DNA from: an uncultured cyanobacterium
Lineage (GTDB): Bacteria > Cyanobacteriota > Cyanobacteriia > PCC-6307 > Cyanobiaceae
Length of the DNA stretch: 64,000 nt
Assembly: GCA_963697335.1 (NCBI GenBank)
Contig: CAVONQ010000018.1
Span: 352,001 to 416,000 of the forward strand
Direction: 5' to 3'
Numbering within the stretch: the stretch's first letter is position 1; each line of letters starts with the position of its first letter. The notes under the pieces are model-generated. The model was given only the letters and a program-made list of their open reading frames with translations, was not told the DNA's origin and made no database searches. This document shows, in pieces, positions 21,740 to 31,185 of this stretch. A program made the position numbers and the translations under genes.

Positions 21740-21807
21740 ACGTCATCTGCAAGACGCTTAATTGCGTTAGGCTTGTAACTCCGGTTCCCGATCCCCGGCG
21801 CCTGCCC

Positions 21808-22113
21808 ATGGAGCACCTGGCCGACTACTTCAAAGTGTTCTCTGAGCCCAACCGCCTGGCGGTGCTTGAGGCCTTGCGGTCCGGTCCGCTCAACGTCACG
21901 GCCGTGGTGGAGGCCACTGGCCTCAGCCAGGCCCTGGTGTCGAAGCACCTGAAGCTGCTCACCATCGCCGGCGTGGTGCAACGCCGTCCCGAGGGCGCCC
22001 TTGTGTATTACTCCGTGATCGATCCGGCCGTGTTCCAGCTGATGGCCGAGGCCCAGCGCCTGCTGCTGGAGTCCCGGCGGCAGCAGCTCGACGCCCTGGC
22101 CGCCATCCTGTGA
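21808..22113 (+). CDS. ArsR/SmtB family transcriptional regulator
   Basis: FKVFSEPNRL, LNVTAVVEATGLSQALVSKHLKLL, VYYSV winged HTH. Confidence 0.9.
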   Translation: MEHLADYFKVFSEPNRLAVLEALRSGPLNVTAVVEATGLSQALVSKHLKLLTIAGVVQRRPEGALVYYSVIDPAVFQLMAEAQRLLLESRRQQLDALAAIL

Positions 22114-22787
22114 TGGCCCCTTGTCCCGGCGCCCGCCCGCTGCCGAGCACGCTGGGCGAGCTGCGCGCGGCCCTGGCCGCCGGCGTGCGTGAGTTCGGCG
22201 GCCTGCAGCTGGCTGAGCTGGATGCCCACGACCTCAACCTCTCCAGTTGCGACCTGCGCGGCGGCTGTTTCAAGGAGGCCCGCTTCGGGCGCGCCAACCT
22301 CAGCCAGGCGAGCGTGGAGGGCTGCCGCTTCCAGCGGGCCCTGATCTGGGGCGCCGACCTCTCCGGCCTCAAGGCCGCCCATTCCTTCTGGCAGGAGGCC
22401 GACCTCTCCGGCTCCCGCCTCCAGGCCGCCGACTTCTCGGCGGCCCAGTTGCACCGCTGTTGCCTGCGCGGGGTGGTGGCCGCAGGCAGCTGCTGGGCCC
22501 AGGCCCGGCTGGTGGAGGCCGACTTCCGCTCCGGCCTAGACCAGCTCACCGACCTGGGCCAGGCCGATTTCCGGGGCGCCGACCTCTGCTTTGCGCTCCT
22601 GCAGGGCGCCAACCTGCATGCCGCCAGCCTGCAGGGCAGCAGCCTCTATGGCGCCAGCCTGGCCGGCGCCGACCTGCGCCAGGCGGACCTGCGCGGCTGT
22701 GACCTGCGGGAGACCGATCTGGCAGGGGCCCAACTGGAGGGCGCCCTGCTCGATGGGGCCCTGCTGCCGCGCCACCTCACGGCCTAG
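22113..22787 (+). CDS. Pentapeptide repeat protein
   Basis: Many A(D/N)Lxx repeats; ATG overlaps the ArsR stop (TGATG). Confidence 0.88.
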   Translation: MAPCPGARPLPSTLGELRAALAAGVREFGGLQLAELDAHDLNLSSCDLRGGCFKEARFGRANLSQASVEGCRFQRALIWGADLSGLKAAHSFWQEADLSGSRLQAADFSAAQLHRCCLRGVVAAGSCWAQARLVEADFRSGLDQLTDLGQADFRGADLCFALLQGANLHAASLQGSSLYGASLAGADLRQADLRGCDLRETDLAGAQLEGALLDGALLPRHLTA

Positions 22788-22821
22788 GGCGCGGCAGGCC
22801 GGTGAATGGGCACCGTCGCGC

Positions 22822-23838
22822 TTAGAGCTGCTCAGCGGCGAGGGCCAGGGCCCCGGCACAGGCGTCGCCGGCGGGAGCGGCGAGGCTGGCCAGGGGCAGT
22901 TGGCTCTCCAGGGCCAGCTCCAGTTGCCGGCGCAGGCCTCTGAGGTGCTCCAGGGCCCCGCCCATGGGCCAGATCCGCGGCTGCTCCAGGTTCAACTCCC
23001 GGGCGATGGTGGCCGCCATCGTCGCCAGGGCCTCGGCATGGCGGCGCACGATCGCCAGGGCCGCGCCATCGCCGGCTTCGGCGCAGGCCACCACCACCGG
23101 GGCCAGCCGCGCGAATCCAGCCGGGCCGAATTCAGGCGTCACCACCAGGGCTTTGATGGCCTGGGGGCTGTCGGGCTGGTCCGGATCGAGGCCCAGCTCA
23201 TCCCATAGCCGCCGCCTCAGGTCGCTGCCAGGCCGGCGTCCATCGGCCATCTCCAGGGACACACCCAGCCCATCGCGGCCGATGTCCATGGCCGAGCCCA
23301 TTCCGTCGAGCAGCCAGCCCCAGCCGGCGCAGCGGTGCTCCCGGCCCTCGCGGTTGCGGCCCACGGCAATCGTGCCGGTGCCGCTGATCAGCACCAGCCC
23401 CTCCTGGGCGACCCCCATGGCGCCGCGCAGGGCGGCCCGCTCATCCCCGGTCACCAGCAGGCGCCCGTGGGGCAGTTGCAGCGCCTCGGCGGCCAGCCGG
23501 GTGCCCTCGGCCTGGATGCCGCTGCCCACTTCGATGCCGCTGGCGCCGATGCCCACTGCCTCCAGCAGGGGATGGTGGCCCGGCAGGTGCTGCTGGCGCG
23601 CTCCGGCCGGCACGGGGGCCCCGTCACTGAGGCCGGAGGCCGCCAGGGCCAGGGCCAGGCTGGTGCGCAGGGCCTGGCAGAAGGCCTCGGGGCCGCCCGG
23701 GGCCGCGAGATGGCGAACGCCCGGGCCCTCGCCCTGGGCGAGGCAGGACCAACTGCCGTCAGGGTGGCGCTCGGCCAGCCGGCAGGTGGTGTGGGTCTGG
23801 CCGGCGTCGAAACCGGCGATCAGGGCTGCAGGCGTCAT
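22822..23838 (-). CDS. BadF/BadG/BcrA/BcrD-type ATPase, N-acetylglucosamine kinase-like
   Basis: GFDAGQTHT, LISGTGTI, GWGWLLDGMGSA. Confidence 0.85.
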   Translation of the reverse strand: MTPAALIAGFDAGQTHTTCRLAERHPDGSWSCLAQGEGPGVRHLAAPGGPEAFCQALRTSLALALAASGLSDGAPVPAGARQQHLPGHHPLLEAVGIGASGIEVGSGIQAEGTRLAAEALQLPHGRLLVTGDERAALRGAMGVAQEGLVLISGTGTIAVGRNREGREHRCAGWGWLLDGMGSAMDIGRDGLGVSLEMADGRRPGSDLRRRLWDELGLDPDQPDSPQAIKALVVTPEFGPAGFARLAPVVVACAEAGDGAALAIVRRHAEALATMAATIARELNLEQPRIWPMGGALEHLRGLRRQLELALESQLPLASLAAPAGDACAGALALAAEQL

Positions 23839-23842
23839 CGGC

Positions 23843-25162
23843 TCAGCCCTGCTGGCGCCGCCGCTGGCTGGCGGCAGCCAGGGTGGCCACGCTGAACCAG
23901 GCGCTCAGCTGAACCTCCGGCCGGAAGAAGATCGTGTCGGTGAGCCCCTGCACCCCCAGGCCCGCGATCACGGCCAGGGCAGCCAGGGCGGGCAGGGCGT
24001 CGCTGCCGGCCGCGCCCCAGCTCCGCAGCCCCTCCCGCAGGCTCGTGAGCACCAGGCCCACCCCCACCATCAGGCCCGGAATGCCCGCCTCCACGGCCAG
24101 TTCCAGGGGGATCGAGTAGGCGCTCAGGGCGTTGAACTTGGGCTGCTGGAACAGCGGGTAGATGCGGTTGAAGGCCTCGTTGCCAGGCCCGATCCCCAGC
24201 CAGGGACGGGCCTGGATCATGTCCAGGGCGGCCAGCCACACATTGATGCGGAAGTTGTTGGAGCTGTCCTCGCGACCCGCCACCAGGCTCATCACCCGCA
24301 CCCGCAGGGGCTCCACCTGGGTCACCAACACCACCAGCAGGGCCGTGGCCAGCAGCAGCAGCAGCAGCGGCACCAGCCGCCGCCACAGCAACGGCCAGCT
24401 GCGGGTGAGCCCCAGGGCGAGCAGCAGCAACATCACCGCCGCCTGCGCCACCAGGGCCATCCAGGCGCCGCGGCTGTAGGTGAGCACCAGGGCTGCCGTG
24501 CCCAGGCCCAGGGCACTGAGGGCAAACAGCCTGGAGGGCCAGCCCTGCCACCGCAACAGGGCCGCCACCGCCAGGGGCAGGATCGGCAGCAGGTAGCCCC
24601 CCAGCAGGTTGGGGTTGCCCAGGGTGCTGTAGATGCGCACCGTGCCGTCACTCACCGAGTTGGGATCGGCCCAGCGGGCCAGGGCACCGGTGTCGGCATA
24701 GAGCTGGCGCAGCCCGATCACCGAGGCCAGCAGCTGGCCGCCCAGCAGGGCCGCCACCAGGCGGTCCCACCAGGCGGGCGCCTGCACCAGCAGCTCCTGC
24801 ATCAGGGCGTAGACACCCAGATAGCTCACCAGCTTGAGCAGTCCCTTGGTGGCCTCCACCGGCACTGGTGAGAATCCGGTGGCCAGCAGGGCCACCGCCA
24901 GGATGGCCAGGATCCAGCCCTGCAGGGCGCCGATGCCCCCCGGCGGCCGGCGCAGGGCCAGCAGCAGCCACAGCAGGCCACAGGCCAGGATCAGCAGCGA
25001 CATCCCCGCCCTTGTGAGGAAGGGGAGCCCGGCCAGCAGCGCACAGAGCGTGAGGCCGGCGATCGGCAGCAGCCGCTGGGCCAACGGTCCGCCGCCCTGC
25101 CCCAGAAGCCCCTGCCAGCGCAGCAGCAGCGGGGGCGGGGCGGGCCGGATGGAATCAGCCAC
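23843..25162 (-). CDS. ictB: IctB family membrane protein (O-antigen ligase-like)
   Basis: RIYSTLGNPNLLGGYL, LTYSRGAW, REDSSNNFRINVW, GIGPGNEAFN, LSAYS. Confidence 0.88.
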   Translation of the reverse strand: MADSIRPAPPPLLLRWQGLLGQGGGPLAQRLLPIAGLTLCALLAGLPFLTRAGMSLLILACGLLWLLLALRRPPGGIGALQGWILAILAVALLATGFSPVPVEATKGLLKLVSYLGVYALMQELLVQAPAWWDRLVAALLGGQLLASVIGLRQLYADTGALARWADPNSVSDGTVRIYSTLGNPNLLGGYLLPILPLAVAALLRWQGWPSRLFALSALGLGTAALVLTYSRGAWMALVAQAAVMLLLLALGLTRSWPLLWRRLVPLLLLLLATALLVVLVTQVEPLRVRVMSLVAGREDSSNNFRINVWLAALDMIQARPWLGIGPGNEAFNRIYPLFQQPKFNALSAYSIPLELAVEAGIPGLMVGVGLVLTSLREGLRSWGAAGSDALPALAALAVIAGLGVQGLTDTIFFRPEVQLSAWFSVATLAAASQRRRQQG

Positions 25163-25188
25163 GGCGGCGATCGAAGTGTCTGGCGGGA

Positions 25189-25886
25189 TTATGGGCGGGG
25201 GGCGTTGGCGGCCATCGGACCCGGCTCCAACTCCGCCAGCGGCGGCACGGGTTGGCCATTGCGCTTGTAGAGCACCCGGTAGACCGGCAGGCCCCGGGCC
25301 AGCACGAAACTCTCCCGTTCGGTGGGCACCGGCAGCGGGTTGGTGGGGCGCCAGGGCCTCGGATCGGCAGCGGGGCGCGCGAAGCAGCCGCTCGCCTCGA
25401 TCAGCGTCACCATCGGCAACACCACGTCCTGTACATCGCTCTGAATGAACAGCTCGCGGCCCGGCAGCAGGCCGCCGGCCAGGGCGTGCAGCAGGGCGGG
25501 TTGCAGCACCCGCCGCTTGTGGTGCCGGTGCTTGAACCAGGGATCGGGAAACTGGATCGAGACGCGCTCCAGCTGCCCCGGCTCCAGCTGGGCCAGCCAT
25601 GCTCCCAGGCTCACGTTGGCATTGGCGTAGAGGATCCGGGCATGGCCCAGCTGGCGGGCCTCGCGCTCGGCTTCGGCGGCCTCCACCAGGGGCAGGCGGA
25701 TCTCCAGGCCCAGGTAGTTGCGCTGGGGTTCGGCCTCGGCCATGGCCAGCAGAAAGCGGCCCCGGGCACAGCCGATGTCGAGATGGATCGGCCGCTTCGG
25801 CTGCTCGAACAGCTCCTCGGGCGGCGGCAGCGGAACGGGGTAGCCTGGTGGTAGCTGCTGAGGGGGTTGACGTGCTGGCGCACCAT
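25189..25886 (-). CDS. trmB: tRNA (guanine-N7)-methyltransferase, apparent frameshift near 25830-25850
   Basis: N-terminus [10 protein letters not shown] in one frame; body [35 protein letters not shown] in another. Confidence 0.88.
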
Positions 25887-27190
25887 CAGCCGCGTTCCTG
25901 CCCGGCGGCAGGAGGCACTTGGACGTCAGCACGGGGCACCACGAAACCCCAGCTGGCCGTGTAGCCATGCAGCTGGGTGCTGCCGGCAATCGGGCCGATC
26001 TCGCCGTTGCAGAAGGCCCCGGCCACCGGCAGGCTGCCGAAGGCCTCGCGGCACAGCGTCACATCGCCATCGGCCTCGCCGTAGAGCCCCTGGCCCCGGC
26101 CCAGGCAGGCGAACAGCAGGGTGGCCAGCGGCTGGGCCTGGCGGCCTTGCTGCAGCGCCAGCAACTGGCGCAGTTCCTGGCGTGAGGCGGTGGCATCCCG
26201 CAGCTGGAACTGCACCTGCTGGCCCACCCGCATCCGCTCCGCCACCGCCACGGCGCCGTTGCGGGGATCGACCCCGATCAGATTGCGCACCAGGAAGGCC
26301 GTCGGCTCCTTGTTCTCGCCGCTCTCAAGGCTGAAGCTGTTGCGGCCCACGCCGAGGAAGAGAGAGTGCTTCACCAGGTCCCGTTCCTGGGCTGAAAGGC
26401 CGATCAGGATGTCCTGCAGGGCGGCCACCGGGCTGTTGCGGCGGCTGTTCTGGCTCACTTCCAGCACCACGTTGCGCTCGGCCTGCTCCACCTCGAAGAT
26501 CGGCCCGATCGGCCTGCAGCCCTGGGCCACCACCGGATCGAGCCCCCAGGCGCCACCGATCAGGCAGCCCACCACGCCGCTGACCACCCGGTCGCCCAGC
26601 AGCAGCGAGCCGTGGCGAGCACTGTGCTGGCCGGCGATGCCCCCCACCTTCACGGCTGCGGGACAGGCGTAGTCGAGGCCACTGATCAGGTCGTTGATGG
26701 CGGGGAAGGCCGGGTCGATCAGCAGCAGCATCGAGTGGGCCGTGCGGGGATCGGGATCCCCCAGCAAGGCCAGCCAGGGCTCGGCCGGCCCGTCGAGATC
26801 CGGCAGGCTGTCGCCCTCGATCGCGAAGGGCTGCAGGCTCGCCCCCGGCAGCCGCAGCAGCATCACGCTGATGCCGGGCTCCTGCTCCAGCTCGCAGCTG
26901 AGTCCGTCCGCCGGGGTGCCCACCACGCCGCCGCCCAGGCAGCCGAGCCAGTGGCTGGCCCTGATGCGTTGCTGCAGCAGGGGTAGCAGGCGGGGCAGAT
27001 CACTGGCGTAGCTCGCGGACACGAACACCAGGGCCAGGTCGGCAGGGCCGACCCCGCGCAGCTGTTGGCTGATCTCCTGAAGACTGCCGTCGAGGGAGGC
27101 TTCTCTGGACAGGGCTGTGCGGCACCAGGGGGCGTTGGGGCCGGGCCCCTGACGCGGGATCAACCAACGGGGCAGTGAGAACGCAGCCAT
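25886..27190 (-). CDS. FIST N/C domain protein
   Basis: [55 protein letters not shown]. Confidence 0.88.
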   Translation of the reverse strand: MAAFSLPRWLIPRQGPGPNAPWCRTALSREASLDGSLQEISQQLRGVGPADLALVFVSASYASDLPRLLPLLQQRIRASHWLGCLGGGVVGTPADGLSCELEQEPGISVMLLRLPGASLQPFAIEGDSLPDLDGPAEPWLALLGDPDPRTAHSMLLLIDPAFPAINDLISGLDYACPAAVKVGGIAGQHSARHGSLLLGDRVVSGVVGCLIGGAWGLDPVVAQGCRPIGPIFEVEQAERNVVLEVSQNSRRNSPVAALQDILIGLSAQERDLVKHSLFLGVGRNSFSLESGENKEPTAFLVRNLIGVDPRNGAVAVAERMRVGQQVQFQLRDATASRQELRQLLALQQGRQAQPLATLLFACLGRGQGLYGEADGDVTLCREAFGSLPVAGAFCNGEIGPIAGSTQLHGYTASWGFVVPRADVQVPPAAGQERG

Positions 27191-27242
27191 GGGCGGACCC
27201 TATCGCCAGCAGCACATGCGGATAATGGCGCCTTACCGAACC

Positions 27243-27866
27243 ATGCTTGTGCCGGATTCGCTGTACCGATCCCTGGTGTGGCTGGATGTCCGTTTAGCGG
27301 TGCTGTTCACCGTGGGACTGCCGCTGGTGCTGCTGCTCTGGGCCACCCTGCGGCGGGAGAGGGCGTTGCTGCGGCTGCTGGGGATCTACTGGAAGGTGTC
27401 GAGCCTGCTGCTGATCGCCGTGCTGCTGCTCACCGACCGCCGCCCCGCCGGGCTGCTGCTGGCCCTGATCGGCCCCTTGCTGGTAGCGGTGAGCCTCTGG
27501 CTGTGGGTGGATCTGAACGAGGAGCTCGCCGACCTTCCCCCCTGGCGCCCGCTGCCGCTGACCCTGCGCATCTGGCGCTGGTCGATCACCTTCTGGGCGC
27601 CGATCAGTGCCCTGTTCAGTGCCACGGCCCTCGGCTGCATGGCCCCGGCGCGGCTGGGGGAGGCCCGCTGCCTGGCCTGGCTGCAGGCCCCCCAGGAGCT
27701 GCATCGCCATGGGGCTGCCGTGTTCGGCTTCGTGTTCGGGGGGCAGTGGACGCCTGCAGTGGCGGCCTTCGTGGGCTATCTGGCCCTGGTGGGCTACGCC
27801 GTGGGCCTGCTGCAGTGGCTGCTGGTGCGCCTGCCGCGCCAGGGGAGGGTGGCCGGTGACTTCTGA
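27243..27866 (+). CDS. DUF3177-like membrane protein
   Basis: LVWLDVRLAVLFTVGLPLVLL, YWKVSSLL, WVDLNEE. Confidence 0.75.
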   Translation: MLVPDSLYRSLVWLDVRLAVLFTVGLPLVLLLWATLRRERALLRLLGIYWKVSSLLLIAVLLLTDRRPAGLLLALIGPLLVAVSLWLWVDLNEELADLPPWRPLPLTLRIWRWSITFWAPISALFSATALGCMAPARLGEARCLAWLQAPQELHRHGAAVFGFVFGGQWTPAVAAFVGYLALVGYAVGLLQWLLVRLPRQGRVAGDF

Positions 27867-28149
27867 GCTGCTGCCCCGCCTGGAAGAGCTCAGCCGCGCC
27901 CGGCCGGATCGGGTGCTGCGCCTGCGGGGCGCCCTCGACGCTGAACCGCTGGAGCTGCTGATCTTCCGGGGCTTCTCCTGCAGCACCACCCACCCCACGG
28001 CCTTCGATCCCGACCAGCCCGTGCTGCCCGCCGCCGGCAGTGTGGAGTCGGCGGAGCTGCTCCAGGGTCCCCTGACCCCAGGCACCGAGCTGCTGCTGGC
28101 CGGGCCGCTGCCCCCCAGTGATTTTCTGGAGCCCCAGGCCTGGCTCTGA
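27856..28149 (+). CDS. Conserved hypothetical protein
   Basis: GTG overlaps the upstream gene; LEELSR...LLIFRGFSCSTTHPTAFDPDQPVLP. Confidence 0.7.
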   Translation: MTSELLPRLEELSRARPDRVLRLRGALDAEPLELLIFRGFSCSTTHPTAFDPDQPVLPAAGSVESAELLQGPLTPGTELLLAGPLPPSDFLEPQAWL

Positions 28150-28173
28150 GGCGCGCCGAGCCTGGGCCCCCGT

Positions 28174-31161
28174 TCAGCCCAGGGCGGTGACGCAGCGGCC
28201 GCAGAGGCTGGGGTGGGCGCTGTGCTGGCCGATGTCCTGGGTGTAGTGCCAGCAGCGCTCGCACTTCTGGCCTTCGGCCCGGGCAATCCCCACGCTGATC
28301 CCCTGCTCCTGGGCCGCGGCCAGCACGGTGTCGAAGGGGCTGCCGCCGAGCTGCAGGCTGGACACCAGCAGCCAGTCGGCCAGGTTGTCCACCTCGGGGC
28401 AGGGGCTGGCCTCGAGCCAGGCGAGGGCCTGGCGCAGGGGCTCGGCCTCGCTGCCGAGCTCCAGCTGCACCCGGGCCTCCAGGGAAGCCCCCAAGGCGTC
28501 GGCGCCGCCCTCGGATTGAGGCCCCTTGCCGCCCTGTTTGCGGCAGCTCTCCAGCTGGCGGTTCACCAGGGCCCGCAGGGCCAGGATCTGGTCCATGGGC
28601 TCCTCCAGGGCCGGCTGGCGCCAGCTGGCCGGTGCCGTGGGCCAGCCCCGCTCGAACACCGAGGCCTCGGCCACCGCATAGGGCAGGTTCTGCCAGATGT
28701 CCTCCGCCATGTGGCACAGCACCGGGGCGATCAGGCCGGCCAGCCGCTCCACCACCAGGCTCAGCACCGTCTGGCAACTGCGGCGCCGAAACGCCCCCGC
28801 CGCGCTCACGTAGAGCCGGTCCTTGGCGATGTCGAGGTACACGTTCGAGAGATCCACCACGCAGAAGTTCTGCAGGGCCTGGAAGAAGCGATAGAACTCG
28901 AAGCGCTCGAAATCGGCGGTCACCGCATCGATCAATGAGGCCGTGCGCTGCAGCATCCAGCGATCCAGTAGGGGCAGCTCCTCGTAGGCCACCGCGTTAC
29001 CCCCGGCCGTGGCGGGGCGCGGGTCGAAATCGTGCAGGTTGCCGAGCAGATAGCGGGCCGTGTTGCGCACTTTGCGGTACACATCGGCCAGTTGCTTGAC
29101 GATGCCGGGGCCCAGGGGCACGTCGGCGGAGTAGTCCACCGAGCTCACCCACAGGCGCAGCACATCGGCGCCGTAGGCGGGCTCCTGCTTTTCATTCCTG
29201 CCGCCCTCCACCAGCACAGTGGGATCCACCACGTTGCCCAGGGATTTGCTCATCTTGCGTCCTTTCTCATCGAGGGCGAAGCCGTGGGTGAGTACCCGCC
29301 GGTAGGGGGCCGTGCCGTTCACCGCCACGGAGGTGAGCAGGCTGCTCTGGAACCAGCCCCGGTGCTGGTCGCTGCCTTCCAGGTAGAGGTCGGCGGGATA
29401 GGTGAGTTCCGGGGCCCTCGCCTGGCCGCCGTCCAGGCCGCCCAGCACCCCGGCCCAGGAGGAGCCGGAATCGAACCACACGTCCATGGTGTCGCTGCCC
29501 TTGCGCCACTCGGCCGCTTCAGCGGCATGGGCGGGCGGCAGCAGCTCGGCCTCACTGCGCTGCCACCACACGTCGGCGCCGTGCTCGGCGATCAGGGCCT
29601 CGATGTGGGCGAGGGTGTCGGCGTTGAGCAGCACATCGCCCCGCTCGCGGTGGAAGAACACCGGAATCGGCACCCCCCAGGTGCGCTGGCGCGAGATGCA
29701 CCAGTCGCCCCGCTCGCGCACCATCGCCTCGATCCGGTTGCGGCCGCTGGCGGGCAGCCACTCCACCGCGGCGATGGCCTCGAGGGCCAGGCTGCGGAAG
29801 CCCTCCACCGAGGCGAACCACTGTTCGGTGGCCCGGAAGATGGTGGGTTTCTTGGTGCGCCAGTCGTAGGGGTAGCGGTGGGCATAGGGCTCCTGCTTGA
29901 GCAGCAGGCCGCTCTGCTCCAGGGCCGCCAGGATGGCCGGGTTGGCGTCCTTGAGCACGTTGGTGCCCGCGAACGGCCCCGCCTCCGCCGTGAGGGTTCC
30001 GGCCTCGTCCACCGGACAGAGCACCGGCAGGCCGTACTTGCGGCCGGTGTTGAAGTCGTCCACGCCGTGGCCCGGGGCCGTGTGCACCAGGCCGGTGCCG
30101 GCCTCGGTGGTGATGTAGTCGCCGCCGAGCACTACTGGGCTGGTGCGCTCCAGCAGGGGATGGCGGTAGCGCACACCCTCCAGCTCGGCCCCCTTGAGCT
30201 GCATCAGGGGCGCCAGGCCCAGGCCGAGACTGGCCTCCAGCTGCTCCCGCAGCGCGCTGGCCACCACCAGATGGCTGGCCCCCGCAGCAGGCCCGCTCGC
30301 CTCCCCGGGCGGTTGGCTCACCGCACACACCGTGTAGTCGAGCCGGCCATTCACGGACACCGCCAGGTTGGCCGGCAGGGTCCAGGGGGTGGTGGTCCAG
30401 ATCGCCACCGCCAGGCCGCCGGGGGCGGTGGCGGCCTCGGCGGTCAGCCCCGCCTCGCCCAGGCCCGCCGCCAGGGCGGGCGGCAGCTCCACCACCGGGA
30501 AGGCCACATAGGCGCTCGGCGAGGTGTGGCCATCGGGGTAGTCCAGTTCGGCTTCGGCCAGGGCGGTGCGGGAGCTGGGGCTCCAGTGCACCGGCTTCAG
30601 GCCCCGGTAGATGTGGCCGGCCAGCACCATCTGGCCGAACACCCGGATCTGGGCCGCCTCATAGCTCTTTTGCAGGGTGAGGTAGGGCTGCTGCCAGTCG
30701 GCCCAGATGCCCCAGCGCTGGAAGCCGCGCTTCTGGCCCTCCACCTGCTCGAGGGCATAGGCGTGGGCCTTCTCGCGCAGGCTCAGCGGCGTCAGGGCGG
30801 CCCGCTCGCTGCTGCTGAGTGCCTGCAGCACCTTCAGCTCGATCGGCAGGCCATGGCAGTCCCAGCCGGGGACGAAGCGCGCCCGACGGCCCTGCAGCAG
30901 GGCTGTCTTGTTGATGATGTCCTTGAGGATCTTGTTGAGGGCGTGGCCCACATGCAGGGCCCCATTGGCGTAGGGGGGGCCATCGTGGAGAGTGAAGGTC
31001 TCGCCGGGGTTGCTGCGGCTGAGGCGCTCGTAGAGCTGGGTTTCGGCCCAGAACGCCTGGATCTCCGGCTCGCGCTGCTTGGCGTTGGCCCGCATCGCAA
31101 ACGCCGTCTGCAGCAGGTTGAGGGTGTCCTTGTAGGAGGCGGGCGCGGAGCTGGCGGTCAC
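28174..31161 (-). CDS. ileS: Isoleucine--tRNA ligase
   Basis: HDGPPYANGALHVGH, WCISRQR, EGSDQHRGWF, KMSKS, C-terminal KCERCW zinc finger. Confidence 0.98.
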   Translation of the reverse strand: MTASSAPASYKDTLNLLQTAFAMRANAKQREPEIQAFWAETQLYERLSRSNPGETFTLHDGPPYANGALHVGHALNKILKDIINKTALLQGRRARFVPGWDCHGLPIELKVLQALSSSERAALTPLSLREKAHAYALEQVEGQKRGFQRWGIWADWQQPYLTLQKSYEAAQIRVFGQMVLAGHIYRGLKPVHWSPSSRTALAEAELDYPDGHTSPSAYVAFPVVELPPALAAGLGEAGLTAEAATAPGGLAVAIWTTTPWTLPANLAVSVNGRLDYTVCAVSQPPGEASGPAAGASHLVVASALREQLEASLGLGLAPLMQLKGAELEGVRYRHPLLERTSPVVLGGDYITTEAGTGLVHTAPGHGVDDFNTGRKYGLPVLCPVDEAGTLTAEAGPFAGTNVLKDANPAILAALEQSGLLLKQEPYAHRYPYDWRTKKPTIFRATEQWFASVEGFRSLALEAIAAVEWLPASGRNRIEAMVRERGDWCISRQRTWGVPIPVFFHRERGDVLLNADTLAHIEALIAEHGADVWWQRSEAELLPPAHAAEAAEWRKGSDTMDVWFDSGSSWAGVLGGLDGGQARAPELTYPADLYLEGSDQHRGWFQSSLLTSVAVNGTAPYRRVLTHGFALDEKGRKMSKSLGNVVDPTVLVEGGRNEKQEPAYGADVLRLWVSSVDYSADVPLGPGIVKQLADVYRKVRNTARYLLGNLHDFDPRPATAGGNAVAYEELPLLDRWMLQRTASLIDAVTADFERFEFYRFFQALQNFCVVDLSNVYLDIAKDRLYVSAAGAFRRRSCQTVLSLVVERLAGLIAPVLCHMAEDIWQNLPYAVAEASVFERGWPTAPASWRQPALEEPMDQILALRALVNRQLESCRKQGGKGPQSEGGADALGASLEARVQLELGSEAEPLRQALAWLEASPCPEVDNLADWLLVSSLQLGGSPFDTVLAAAQEQGISVGIARAEGQKCERCWHYTQDIGQHSAHPSLCGRCVTALG

Positions 31162-31185
31162 GGCGCCTCGGGAAGCAAAGGGCGA

